Shown here: positions 39,715 through 49,341 of the stretch, piece by piece
How positions within the stretch are numbered: position 1 is the stretch's first letter
How the letters are laid out: every line of letters begins with the position of its first letter
Assembly (NCBI GenBank): GCA_964489445.1
Contig: CAZAYU010000001.1
Span: forward strand, 274,276-338,275
From: an uncultured Planctomycetia bacterium
GTDB lineage: Bacteria; Omnitrophota; Gorgyraeia; Duberdicusellales; 4484-171
Direction: 5' to 3'
DNA length: 64,000 nt
Translations under genes and position numbers: made by a program
Notes under the pieces: model-generated
Databases searched by the model: none
Told to the model about the DNA's origin: nothing
What the model saw: the letters and a program-made list of their open reading frames with translations, nothing else

Positions 39715-40479
39715 TTATTTTAATTCTGCTAATTTTCCTATCTGCTGTTTTACTTTTATAATTCGTTGCTCAGGGAATGGATGGCTTCGTAAATAAACAG
39801 GAACTTTGCTTCCAGAGTCTCTTTCAATTTCTTGAAACTTATTGAATACTTTTATCGCACCATTAGGGTCAAATCCTGCCTTGTTCATAATTTCTACCCC
39901 TAAGCTATCCGCCTGATATTCATCCTGGCGAGAATATCCTAAGGTAATTAAATTTATCGCCTGCTGTGCACCATTATTTATTTGTGCATATTCCGGTTTA
40001 TCAACTAATATAGCCCCTAAAACAGAAACTAAGCTAATGCCTAAACTAGGCCCTAATCGTTTCACAGCATGCCTTGCATCTGTATGTCCGATTTCATGTG
40101 CCAACACAAAACTAAGCTCGTTCTTATTCATGATATCTAAAAGGCCCCGATAAACAAATACATGTCCTCCAGGCAGTGTAAAAGCATTGATCTGGTCTTC
40201 ATCAATAATATAAAATTGGTAATTAAGCTCTTTCCGATAGCTACAGGCAGATAGTGTTTCACCTAGCTCCACTACATAATTAGTTTTTTGTTTATCTTTT
40301 AAGATCTTATGTTTACTGATAAAATCTTTTGCTAGGTTATTTCCCCATTCAACTTCAGCCTTATCATTTATTAGGTAAGTTTCTTTTCTCCTAGTAGCTG
40401 CATTATACTGGGTTACGCAACCACAAAAAACCAACAATATAAATATCAGGCTGCATTTTTTTATCATTCTAAAATTCAT
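39715..40479 (-). CDS. M48-family zinc metalloprotease lipoprotein
   Basis: Lipobox-like FCGC, NAFTLPGG, HEIGH, YSRQDEYQAD, SHP. Confidence 0.9.
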   Translation of the reverse strand: MNFRMIKKCSLIFILLVFCGCVTQYNAATRRKETYLINDKAEVEWGNNLAKDFISKHKILKDKQKTNYVVELGETLSACSYRKELNYQFYIIDEDQINAFTLPGGHVFVYRGLLDIMNKNELSFVLAHEIGHTDARHAVKRLGPSLGISLVSVLGAILVDKPEYAQINNGAQQAINLITLGYSRQDEYQADSLGVEIMNKAGFDPNGAIKVFNKFQEIERDSGSKVPVYLRSHPFPEQRIIKVKQQIGKLAELK

Positions 40480-40832
40480 TCCTGTTGATTATAATTTACC
40501 TTAATATATCCGGCTAACCCTTCTTTTTCTAAAAGAGGATATATCCGATAATCTCCCTCATCCTTAATTAAGAACCCATTAAGTAACTCAAGCTGATAAA
40601 ATTTCTGATACACTGTTGCATATCCATCCATTTGTTTTTCTATCCACGCTCCCTTAACGTTGCTAACATCATAGTTACTAATTACCACTCCTTGTTTACC
40701 AACACAAATAACATCAGAGCCAAGCTTACCATTCTTGTCACATGTACCCTTAGCCTCAGCCCCATAAACATTAGATAGCACCAATAAAGTACTGCAAATT
40801 ACTCCTAACCTTAAGCAGATAGCCTTGTTCAT
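40476..40832 (-). CDS. Hypothetical secreted protein
   Basis: Signal peptide, SD GGAG, 4-nt overlap with the M48 gene. Confidence 0.6.
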   Translation of the reverse strand: MNKAICLRLGVICSTLLVLSNVYGAEAKGTCDKNGKLGSDVICVGKQGVVISNYDVSNVKGAWIEKQMDGYATVYQKFYQLELLNGFLIKDEGDYRIYPLLEKEGLAGYIKVNYNQQE

Positions 40833-40914
40833 AAATTCTCCCCCCTAATGGCAAGCACATATCCTATAATTAAATTTGTTAAACAGTCGCCTGACCAAGA
40901 AACCTATTCAGCAA

Positions 40915-42192
40915 CTACATTTTCTCCTTACTGGAAAATGCACAGACATTTTCGTCAATAATCACATCCCTTAAACTAAGTGGCTTACTCAAACTAATTC
41001 CTTCTAGACTTCGACAGCGACTTAAGGCCACATAAAGCTGCCCGGAGCTAAACGCACCTCGGCCGATATCAATGGTCACGTTTTCAAAGGTTTGTCCTTG
41101 GCTTTTATGGATTGTAATTGCCCAGGCTAATTTTAACGGATATTGGGTAAACGATCCGTCAACCTCCTGTTCTATTGATTGAGTAAAATCGTCAAATATA
41201 TACTTTATCTTTTCCCATGTAAACTTTTCTAAAATATGCACCTGATTTTCAATACGAATCTTAACTGAACTATTACTAATTTCCGCAACTTCAGCTATTG
41301 TGCCGTTAACCCATCTTTTTTCTTTATCATTATTTAATAATATTACCCGTGCGCCTGCCTTTAAAAATAGTGTTAGCTCGGTAGGGTGTAGGCTCGGATT
41401 ATAGTTCTCACTTACTAAAGCGGAATATTGATATTGTTTAGAATCAATTTTTTCTAGAAAACTCTTATTTATTCGCTCAGCGTCTTTATTGGTTGTCGTC
41501 AAAGTAATATATTCTTTTTGGACATTACTATTGTTTACCCTTTTGTTCAATATAGCAATATCTTTATCGCTGGACTTGTTCCGGCGAATTCTACCTAATA
41601 AGTCAATAAACTTCTTATCTGTTTGCCGATATGTCCGGTTCAATGAAATTCGATGCAGTTCTATCTGATCCATAACATTGGCATTAAAAAAATACGAGTG
41701 CTCATAGTATTGTTTAACCAAATGTTGTATACTCCGTTCAATCACCGGAGGAAGCTGGAAAAGATCACCAAACAAAATTATTCTTACCCCACCAAAGGGA
41801 ATATCTATCTCTCCTCTATTGATTCTTAAAGAATAGTCTATCGCATCAAGGATATCTGCTCTAACCATTGAGGCCTCGTCAATTAGCAGCAGGTCGAGAT
41901 TCTTAATTATTTTCTTCTTATCCCGGTATAATTTTTTAACTTGTTTTTCTTGAAGAAAACCCAAAGGGAAACTAAAAAAAGAGTGTATGGTTTGACCTTC
42001 AACATTTATTGCCGCAATTCCGGTAGGAGCCAAAGTAACCACGTTTTTCTTAGTAATTTCCTTAAAATAGCGCAATAGTGTAGATTTTCCCGATCCGGCT
42101 TTTCCGGCAACAAATAGATGTTTGTCAGAATTTTCCATAAATTCTAACGGCTCCTTAAACTCACCGCAAAAATCAAAATCACTATTATCCAT
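40915..42192 (-). CDS. PIF1/RecD-like SF1B helicase
   Basis: GKAGSGKS, APTGIAA, IDEASM, GDLFQLPPV, AWAITIHKSQG, YVALSR. Confidence 0.9.
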   Translation of the reverse strand: MDNSDFDFCGEFKEPLEFMENSDKHLFVAGKAGSGKSTLLRYFKEITKKNVVTLAPTGIAAINVEGQTIHSFFSFPLGFLQEKQVKKLYRDKKKIIKNLDLLLIDEASMVRADILDAIDYSLRINRGEIDIPFGGVRIILFGDLFQLPPVIERSIQHLVKQYYEHSYFFNANVMDQIELHRISLNRTYRQTDKKFIDLLGRIRRNKSSDKDIAILNKRVNNSNVQKEYITLTTTNKDAERINKSFLEKIDSKQYQYSALVSENYNPSLHPTELTLFLKAGARVILLNNDKEKRWVNGTIAEVAEISNSSVKIRIENQVHILEKFTWEKIKYIFDDFTQSIEQEVDGSFTQYPLKLAWAITIHKSQGQTFENVTIDIGRGAFSSGQLYVALSRCRSLEGISLSKPLSLRDVIIDENVCAFSSKEKM

Positions 42193-42200
42193 TTTATTTT

Positions 42201-43070
42201 CTATAGCCCTCTTAGTATTTCCGGTTTTAACTCAACATCTCCGTTAATGGCTGATTCTAGAATATGCAACAATTTATTTTTGTCTTTGGGGAGTACTCCT
42301 CCTAAAGAAATATAATTTGAAGCATGGTTTGCACGAAATATAGTTCCATTTAATTTAAGCCCGTTAATAATGGCATAGGACTCTTTTAGCAATTCTATAG
42401 AACTTAATTCTTGAAAGGCACCTTTTTTTATCTCCTCAGCTAGAGGCGTGCCGGGAATAATCATAAGCGAAAGAAACGAAAGATATCTAGGCTGCATTAA
42501 ATTTAAAGCTTCTATTGTACCTTTGACATGCTCTTTAGAATATTTTACTCCGCCTAAACCTAATAGCACAATAACCGAAGACTTTATTCTTACCATGGCC
42601 GCTTTATTTGCTGCTTCAATCATTTCTTCAACGCTTGAATGCTTACCGCAGTAATCCAATATCTTTTGGCTTCCACTTTCCAAACCCATATACACAAGAC
42701 TTAAGCTATGATCGCGTAATTCTTTTAATTCATGTTGGTTTCTCTGTGCTATATTATGCCCATTAGCATAACTGGAAATGCGAGAAAGCTTAGGAAAGGT
42801 TTCTTTTAGCTTTCTTAAGATTGGAAGAATCTTTTGATTGCTTAGAACAAGCGCATCGCCATCCATAAGAAATACGCGCCTTGCATTTTTATTCCAACGA
42901 AAGTACTGATTAATATCATCTAAAATTTCTTCATCATCTTTTATTCGAAACGGTTTGTTTTGGTACGCTCCGCAAAAACTACAGAAATTCACAGAACATC
43001 CCAATGTTACTTGCAATAAAAAACTATCTGCTTCTGCCGGAGGCCTTATCACCGGTTCAATAATGCTCAT
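42201..43070 (-). CDS. Radical SAM protein of unknown function
   Basis: RPPAEA, GCSVNFCSFC, DGDAL, GLESG, FRANHASNY. Confidence 0.88.
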   Translation of the reverse strand: MSIIEPVIRPPAEADSFLLQVTLGCSVNFCSFCGAYQNKPFRIKDDEEILDDINQYFRWNKNARRVFLMDGDALVLSNQKILPILRKLKETFPKLSRISSYANGHNIAQRNQHELKELRDHSLSLVYMGLESGSQKILDYCGKHSSVEEMIEAANKAAMVRIKSSVIVLLGLGGVKYSKEHVKGTIEALNLMQPRYLSFLSLMIIPGTPLAEEIKKGAFQELSSIELLKESYAIINGLKLNGTIFRANHASNYISLGGVLPKDKNKLLHILESAINGDVELKPEILRGL

Positions 43071-43286
43071 ATCATTTTCGAACTATTTAGTTAGACTTTT
43101 TCTTCACTAAATTGCAAACTTTCATAAACACCTTATTTTGGATACGTCCCATCACGCACAAACAGAAAATCAATTCGTTAATTATAAAAATAATAAGGCC
43201 AAGTTTTGTTGCTTGCCAGGATTTTCCAAAATACAAAAAACAAAACTAAGACCCCTATCTTTATTGATTTAATTAAATATGACTAT

Positions 43287-44159
43287 CTACCTTGCCTGTT
43301 TTTCCTTAGTAACTCTTTCAGATAATTTATGAATAACCGAGTAAGCTTTAAGGCCATATTCATTTCCTTCTGGCGCTTTCTTTGCAATCTGCTTCAAGAT
43401 AACAACTGCATCTTTTATCTTTCCGCTATTTAGAAGAGCAACTGCCTTGCTGTATAGTATTTTTTCATCATCAGGTTTTATCAGCAAAACTTGATTAAAC
43501 ATCTCAATAGCCATATTGTAATCTTTTGTTTCTGTGCAAACCAAGCCCATTCCGGATAATGCTTCAAAACAGCGCGGATTAAATTTAATAGCTTGTTTAA
43601 AATTGAATTCTGCCTGCTGGTTAAGTTTTTGTTTTAAGTAAACATTCCCTAATTCAGCATAAAAATCTGAATTTTCCTCATCCTGCTCTATCGCCTCGTT
43701 GAAATAAGTAATTGCCTTTAGATATAATCCTTTACTATAATATAACCTCCCTAGCTTACCTAATATTTCTGGATTTTTTGGCTCTTGTTCATTAGCTTTT
43801 GTATAAAAAACAAAAGCGTCTTCATAAAGATTATTAATGTACATAAAATCCCCAAGATTAATTAACGGATACACATAATTATTGTCTAATGTGTAGGCCA
43901 GCTCCCAATTGCTTACTGCTTCTTTATATTTATTAACTTTTATTTGGGCCATTCCTAAAAAATTTAATACTTCCGGATTTTCTGGGCTAATCTGCCGAGC
44001 TTTTTCAAATATAGTTTCTGCTTTCTTAAACTTCTCCTCCTTAAGCATTCGTTGCCCTTCTTCTATGTATTCCTGCACATCGCCAGCCATAGCTCTATAG
44101 GAGAATAACATCAATCCAACAACAGCCCAAACACGGTAATCTCTAATTACTTTTTTCAC
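43287..44159 (-). CDS. Secreted TPR-repeat protein
   Basis: Signal peptide and about 7 TPR motifs. Confidence 0.85.
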   Translation of the reverse strand: MKKVIRDYRVWAVVGLMLFSYRAMAGDVQEYIEEGQRMLKEEKFKKAETIFEKARQISPENPEVLNFLGMAQIKVNKYKEAVSNWELAYTLDNNYVYPLINLGDFMYINNLYEDAFVFYTKANEQEPKNPEILGKLGRLYYSKGLYLKAITYFNEAIEQDEENSDFYAELGNVYLKQKLNQQAEFNFKQAIKFNPRCFEALSGMGLVCTETKDYNMAIEMFNQVLLIKPDDEKILYSKAVALLNSGKIKDAVVILKQIAKKAPEGNEYGLKAYSVIHKLSERVTKEKQAR

Positions 44160-44202
44160 TTCCTCCTCCTAAAAAATTGTTTATCTTGTGTTTTTCCAGT
44201 GT

Positions 44203-44592
44203 TTACCTTACAAAATAAGCAAAAATAGTTAGCACCCCGCCAAGAGCAAACACAACAAAAGAATGTACAATTAACAAGCTTTTATTTTTATTGAAAGTGT
44301 TCATAACGACCGACACTGTATTAGGAAAAATAATCGCCCAAGCTCCTTTAACAATTGCACACCAACCAAAAAGAGTTATAATTACCGGCCATTGAGCTAT
44401 CCAAATATTATGCACAGTAATAATCGCAATCCCTACAGCAAGCGGAGCAATACTCGTAAAAAACACTACCGCGGCATTTTTGCAATAATCTTCCATGACC
44501 TTCCGGTAAAACTTCTGGTTAGTAATAATGCCAATCGATACAGAAAGCAACACTGGTCCAAGAATCCTCGCAATAAACAATGAACTATCCAT
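44203..44592 (-). CDS. Hypothetical 4-TM membrane protein
   Basis: Four hydrophobic segments, HNIW...W, GW...KG; SD GGAGG. Confidence 0.7.
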   Translation of the reverse strand: MDSSLFIARILGPVLLSVSIGIITNQKFYRKVMEDYCKNAAVVFFTSIAPLAVGIAIITVHNIWIAQWPVIITLFGWCAIVKGAWAIIFPNTVSVVMNTFNKNKSLLIVHSFVVFALGGVLTIFAYFVR

Positions 44593-44743
44593 ACACACCT
44601 CCCTTTTATTTAATTATACCCCGAGAATTAACAAATCTAGTATTTATTTTTTAAAAACAGAGTACCTTGTAGAAAAAAATTACTTTTGCTATCCATTTAA
44701 TAATTAATTTCTTAAATCTTTTTCTTTGATAAAGAGAAAAAAG

Positions 44744-44768
44744 AAAAAATCTCCGCCAAAGGCGGAGA
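44744..44768 (-). terminator. Intrinsic terminator of the tRNA-Gln transcript
   Basis: Minus strand TCTCCGCC-TTT-GGCGGAGA followed by a T-tract. Confidence 0.85.
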
Positions 44769-44801
44769 CAATTCCGTAATTTCAGTTTGTAATAGTAGAA
44801 T

Positions 44802-44829
44802 TGGCTGCCCGGCCTGGACTCGAACCAGG
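44802..44829 (-). repeat. Duplicated 3' end of tRNA-Gln (att-like), carrying CCA
   Basis: CCTGGTTCGAGTCCAGGCCGGGCAGC identical to 44929-44954, continuing into CA. Confidence 0.9.
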
Positions 44830-44929
44830 TAAGTTTGTTTTCGCAACAGCGAAATTTCTCCAACCAAACTTCCCTAGAACCTTAACGATTAAAGACAGCT
44901 TTTATTTACAGATAGAGTTCACGGATAAG

Positions 44930-45001
44930 CTGCCCGGCCTGGACTCGAACCAGGAAACTCAGATCCAAAACCTGATGTGTTACCTATTACACTACCGGGC
45001 A
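44930..45001 (-). tRNA. tRNA-Gln (TTG)
   Basis: TGCCCGG/CCGGGCA acceptor stem, GTGT/ACAC D-arm, TCAGG-TTTTGGA-TCTGA anticodon arm, CCTGG-TTCGAGT-CCAGG T-arm; CCA not encoded. Confidence 0.95.
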
Positions 45002-45065
45002 AGTATTAATCTATTTGAAAGCGGTTAAGAATATTTATTGCTCTATCTAATTTATATATTATTGT

Positions 45066-45485
45066 TTAGAGATTAGTATTTTCTGCTTCTTCTGGCGTTG
45101 ATTCCTTATTATCCACCACTACCTTTTTTTCCTGATGATGAGCATCTAGCACTTTAGTTTGAAGATAATCGCGAAACTCTTGGTTTATCGGATGAGCTAA
45201 ATCCTGATGTGTTGAATGACGACTTTCATCAACGTTTCGGGGAGATGATGGCAACTGCACACCGCAATTACTACAATATTGGCTGCCTACATCAACCTTT
45301 TTACCGCACCGCGGGCAAAACTGTTTTACTTTCCTTGCTGGCATAGCCACAAATAACCCATTGTTACCCTCAATCACTTTAATATTTCGGACCACAAATG
45401 AGTTGTCAAAGGTAACTGTTGCATAAGCCTTAAGTCGCTTTCCTTCGCTGTCTCGAAGAGAAATCCTGACCTCTGTGATCTCCAT
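45066..45485 (-). CDS. spoVG: SpoVG-family nucleic-acid-binding protein with zinc-ribbon insertion
   Basis: MEITEVRI, LKAYA.VTFD, GLFVAMP, insertion CPRC...CSNC, DLAHPIN. Confidence 0.9.
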   Translation of the reverse strand: MEITEVRISLRDSEGKRLKAYATVTFDNSFVVRNIKVIEGNNGLFVAMPARKVKQFCPRCGKKVDVGSQYCSNCGVQLPSSPRNVDESRHSTHQDLAHPINQEFRDYLQTKVLDAHHQEKKVVVDNKESTPEEAENTNL

Positions 45486-45542
45486 AGAATATACCTCCTT
45501 TTTTCTCGATACGCCTTATTGCCTTAATTAAACTTTTACCAA

Positions 45543-46436
45543 TTAAAACGTTCGAGTTTTAAATACCGCCCATTCTTTAGGAAACATATTTTTTATCTTT
45601 TCCTGCGGTATATTGTCAGAGATTGTATAAAACGCACTGCCACTGCCAGTCATTGCTGCACAAATTTTTTTCTTATCTAATTGTTCTCTTGCACTTCGCA
45701 GCTTTTTATATCCTGACAACGCTTTATTTTCGAGAGCATTGAAAATGCTCTGTTTTATTAACCCACGATCATTTGTTTCTAACGCATATTGTAATATATT
45801 AGCACTATTAAAAAATTTTGTCAATTTCGTGTTAAAGTTCTTGTAAATTTTTTTAGTCGACACAGAAAATCCCGGCCAAATAATAGAATGGGCAAATCGA
45901 TACTTAATGTCCAATGGAAAAACATTTTGGCCGCGCTCTGTTAATAAAGCAAACGAAGATTCAGAAAGAAAAAAATTAACGTCACTACCTATTTTGGCCC
46001 CTATATCATACATTCTCTTTCTTTCAATATTTAGCTTTAGAAGGTTATTCAAACCAATAAGTACAGAAGCAGCGTTAGACGATCCTCCTCCTAGCCCTGA
46101 ACCAACCGGAATATTCTTTTTTAAAAAAATATCAAACCCAAACGGAATATCAAACTGTTTTTTCAACAACAAAATAGCTTTAACAATTATATTCTGTTTT
46201 GTCGCCAACCTCTTAATGTTAGAATTAATAGAAATTTTCTTCCTCTTCGTGACCTCTAATGATACCTCATCAAACAAAGATATTCTCTCGGCTATACTTT
46301 CTATCCGATGAAAATTATCTTTATACTTTCCAAGTATATTCAAATAAAGATTAATCTTGGCAGGACTTAAAAGCTTAATTTTACTACCGTAAAATTTCTG
46401 CTGCTTTTCTAGCGATACGATTAGCGGTGAGCCCAT
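45543..46436 (-). CDS. ispE: 4-diphosphocytidyl-2-C-methyl-D-erythritol kinase
   Basis: PAKINLYL, KNIPVGSGLGGGSSNAA, GSDV, MTGSGSA; start uncertain (53-nt overlap with upstream gene). Confidence 0.93.
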   Translation of the reverse strand: MGSPLIVSLEKQQKFYGSKIKLLSPAKINLYLNILGKYKDNFHRIESIAERISLFDEVSLEVTKRKKISINSNIKRLATKQNIIVKAILLLKKQFDIPFGFDIFLKKNIPVGSGLGGGSSNAASVLIGLNNLLKLNIERKRMYDIGAKIGSDVNFFLSESSFALLTERGQNVFPLDIKYRFAHSIIWPGFSVSTKKIYKNFNTKLTKFFNSANILQYALETNDRGLIKQSIFNALENKALSGYKKLRSAREQLDKKKICAAMTGSGSAFYTISDNIPQEKIKNMFPKEWAVFKTRTF

Positions 46437-47310
46437 AGAAATCCATTAACTCCTCAGGTGAACCTGATTGCCCAAACTCATCTTCAATCCCAATGCGTTC
46501 TATTTTAACAGGATGTTGTCGGATTAATACTTCAGCAATAGCAGAGAATAACCCTCCTGTAACCTGATGTTCTTCACAAACAATAATTTTTTTGTATTTT
46601 TTAGCAATTTCCACAATTAACTCTTGGTCAATTGGTTTTATTGTGTGAATATTTGCCACAGCAACCTTAATCCCTATTTTTCCCAAAATATCCCTTGCTA
46701 AAAGCGCCTGGTTAACCATTATTCCACAGGCAATAATCACTGAATCGCCACTATCTTCAATCATATACCCCTTACCAACAATAAAATCCTTTCTTTTGGT
46801 AATTGTAGCAACTTTAGAGCGCCCCAAACGAATATAAAATGGACCTTGCTGTTTGTAAGCCTCAATAACTGCTAATCGTGCTTCCGGTGCATCAGCAGGA
46901 ACAATAATTCGCATGTTGGGAATTGCTCTAAAAAAATTAATGTCTTCTAATGCCTGATGCGACGCTCCATCTTCACCTACAGTTATTCCTGCATGAGAGG
47001 CAACAATCTTAACATTAAAGTTGTTATAGCAGATTTCATTTCTTACTTGGTCAAGCACTCTGGCAGTAGCAAACATCGCAAATGTAGAAGCAAAGACAAC
47101 TTTACCGCTGCTAGCTAAACCAGCTGCTGCAGCCATCATATTTTGTTCAGCAACACCAAAATTAAAAAATCTTTGCGGAAACTCTTTAGCAAATAAAGAA
47201 GTCCTAGTCGATCCAGACAAATCAGCATCTAGCACAACTAAATTATTATTTTTCTTTCCTAACTCAACTAATGTTTTTCCGTAAGCATCACGTGCGTATA
47301 TTTTTTCCAT
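46384..47310 (-). CDS. Transketolase C-terminal subunit
   Basis: GVAEQNM, GEDGASHQ, YIRLGR, IKPID, EEH. Confidence 0.92.
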   Translation of the reverse strand: MEKIYARDAYGKTLVELGKKNNNLVVLDADLSGSTRTSLFAKEFPQRFFNFGVAEQNMMAAAAGLASSGKVVFASTFAMFATARVLDQVRNEICYNNFNVKIVASHAGITVGEDGASHQALEDINFFRAIPNMRIIVPADAPEARLAVIEAYKQQGPFYIRLGRSKVATITKRKDFIVGKGYMIEDSGDSVIIACGIMVNQALLARDILGKIGIKVAVANIHTIKPIDQELIVEIAKKYKKIIVCEEHQVTGGLFSAIAEVLIRQHPVKIERIGIEDEFGQSGSPEELMDFYGLTANRIARKAAEILR

Positions 47311-47338
47311 TTTCTTATTTATTTTTCTATACTATTTA

Positions 47339-48172
47339 TTAAATGGATGAGCAATCATTTTTTTTCAATTCACATAAAGCAATATTCTTTTCTTCTTCAG
47401 TAGGAGCGCGTCCATGAAAATCAACAACATGCTCCATAAAAGACACTCCTTTTCCTTTTACAGTATGCGCAATTATAACTGTAGGCTTTAGCTTAACTGT
47501 TCTTGCCTCTTCAAACGACTCAAGAAGCTCTTCAATGCTATGTCCATCACACTGTATTACATGCCAACCAAAAGACTCCCATTTATTCATCAACGGCTCA
47601 ACACTCATTATTTCCTCTACTCTTCCATCTATTTGAAAACGATTATAGTCAATAATGCCACAAATATTATCTAGCTTAAAATGAGCAGCAGCCATTGCCG
47701 CTTCCCAAATATTACCTTCTTGCATCTCACCATCCCCCATAAGACAATAAACTCTTCCCGTTAAATTATCCAGCCTGGAAGCTAAAGCCATTCCAATAGA
47801 CACTGACAACCCTTGTCCTAAAGAACCACTGGAAACTTCTATTCCGGGAATTCGGCTATCTGGATGCCCTTGTAATAAGGCGCCTAACTTTCGCAGTTTC
47901 ATTAATTCATCTACCGGAAAATAACCACTCAGACTTAAAGCCGCATATACAGCCGGACAACAGTGCCCTTTAGAAAGATGAAATTTATCCCGGTTTTCTA
48001 AATTAGGATTTCCGGAATCATGTCTCATAATTTCAAAATAAAGACAAGTAATTATATCTGTCGCTGAAAGCGACCCTCCAGGATGACCACTTCCCGCACA
48101 AGCAAGCATTTTGATAATTAATTTCCGAATTTCGTTTGCTTTATTTTTTAGAAGTTGAATTTTTTTTGTCAT
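47339..48172 (-). CDS. Transketolase N-terminal subunit
   Basis: GHPGGSLS, SKGH, GSLGQG, GDGEMQEG, TVKGKG. Confidence 0.93.
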   Translation of the reverse strand: MTKKIQLLKNKANEIRKLIIKMLACAGSGHPGGSLSATDIITCLYFEIMRHDSGNPNLENRDKFHLSKGHCCPAVYAALSLSGYFPVDELMKLRKLGALLQGHPDSRIPGIEVSSGSLGQGLSVSIGMALASRLDNLTGRVYCLMGDGEMQEGNIWEAAMAAAHFKLDNICGIIDYNRFQIDGRVEEIMSVEPLMNKWESFGWHVIQCDGHSIEELLESFEEARTVKLKPTVIIAHTVKGKGVSFMEHVVDFHGRAPTEEEKNIALCELKKNDCSSI

Positions 48173-49148
48173 ACTCTTCAATCTTTAATTTTAAACCATC
48201 ATCATTTGGAAATTCCGCAAGACCTTTTTGGTAATAACTCAGTCCTTCCGATAGATTATTCATTTTCATGCACAGTTCACCTAAATGTTCGTAAATATCC
48301 GGATCTTTAATAAGCATTATTGCTTTTACCAGGTATTCTTTTGCCTGAGCATAATCTCCTTTTTTAAAATAAATCCAACCTAGGCTATCCAGATAAGCTC
48401 CATTACTAGGCTCTTTCTCCAAAGCCTTTTTGACCATTACCTCAGCTTCTTCAAGGTTTACACCTTTTTCCGCATAAACATATCCTAAAGAATTAAGAAC
48501 CGGAGCACACAATGGGTCCTTCACCAAAGCTTGTTGCCAAGAACCAATCGCCTCTTCTTCTCTGCCAGTTTGTTCGTAAAAATATCCTAACCAAAAAAGG
48601 GCCTCAATATATTCAGGATTGCTCTTTAATATTTTTTCGTATATCTCAATAGCCTCCTGGGGTTTCTTTTTATAAAAATAAAACTGTGCCAGATATTCAG
48701 AAACTCCAATATCTTTTGGCTTTAATTCATGCGCCTTCTGAAGAAACTGCTCGTAAGATTGCTCCAGCTTCTGATCATCCTGTGCGTAAGAATAAACAAG
48801 CACTAAGGCTAAGTAAACATCCAAATTGTTTGGATTGTCCGCCCGTGTTTTTTTTAAAACTACCTCAGCCTCTTTAAGTTTGCTGGTTCTAACTAAAACA
48901 GTAGCCTCTTTAAGAGAAACCTGCACCGAATAAGGATCTTTATTCTTGGCTTTTCTTAATTCTCTCAAGGCTAAATCGTAATCTTCCCTCTCCACCGCTA
49001 AAAGTCCTTTTAGATAATGGCTGTACAATTCGGAAGAATTATGATTGCGTGGGAAAGAAGAAGGCAAAAACATAAAAAAAACAAGAAGCCCCATCAATAA
49101 AACATAATGGGGCTTAAAAATCTTCTTCTGCTTTTTCGCAGCTTTCAT
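48141..49148 (-). CDS. Membrane-anchored TPR protein
   Basis: N-terminal TM segment, LNSLGY, YLDSLGW, EHLG. Confidence 0.85.
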   Translation of the reverse strand: MKAAKKQKKIFKPHYVLLMGLLVFFMFLPSSFPRNHNSSELYSHYLKGLLAVEREDYDLALRELRKAKNKDPYSVQVSLKEATVLVRTSKLKEAEVVLKKTRADNPNNLDVYLALVLVYSYAQDDQKLEQSYEQFLQKAHELKPKDIGVSEYLAQFYFYKKKPQEAIEIYEKILKSNPEYIEALFWLGYFYEQTGREEEAIGSWQQALVKDPLCAPVLNSLGYVYAEKGVNLEEAEVMVKKALEKEPSNGAYLDSLGWIYFKKGDYAQAKEYLVKAIMLIKDPDIYEHLGELCMKMNNLSEGLSYYQKGLAEFPNDDGLKLKIEEYDKKNSTSKK

Positions 49149-49211
49149 TTCACTATTGCCTTAATAGTAATCATCACAATGCAATAAACAAGATAAACAA
49201 TATGCCAATAC

Positions 49212-49301
49212 TTATTTAGCTTTGTGTCTTTGCTGTTTTCTTCTTTTCTTAAACCAATGTCGCTTAACTTTTTTATCTTTTCTCTTTTTTCCGCACGGCA
49301 T
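49212..49301 (-). CDS. Small basic ribosomal protein bS22 (mS38/AURKAIP1/COX24-like), 29 aa; absent from ORF track
   Basis: MPCGKKRKDKKVKRHWFKKRRKQQRHKAK*; SD AGAGG upstream. Confidence 0.8.
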   Translation of the reverse strand: MPCGKKRKDKKVKRHWFKKRRKQQRHKAK

Positions 49302-49341
49302 AAAAACCTCTTTTTCTCTAAAATAATTTAAATATTAATCT

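Noticed and set aside
32100-44829. Intact integrative element or prophage at tRNA-Gln
   Set aside because: The att-like repeats enclose only 99 bp; no integrase, transposase or phage genes; no distal att noticed near glmU
44651-45028. ORFs 44651-44863 and 44801-45028
   Set aside because: They overlap the tRNA, its duplicated 3' end and the terminator; spurious
14607-45485. Sporulation suggested by SPL-like, SpoIID and SpoVG genes
   Set aside because: These families are widespread in non-sporulating bacteria; the LPS/BamA/Lpt genes indicate a diderm and no core sporulation genes are seen
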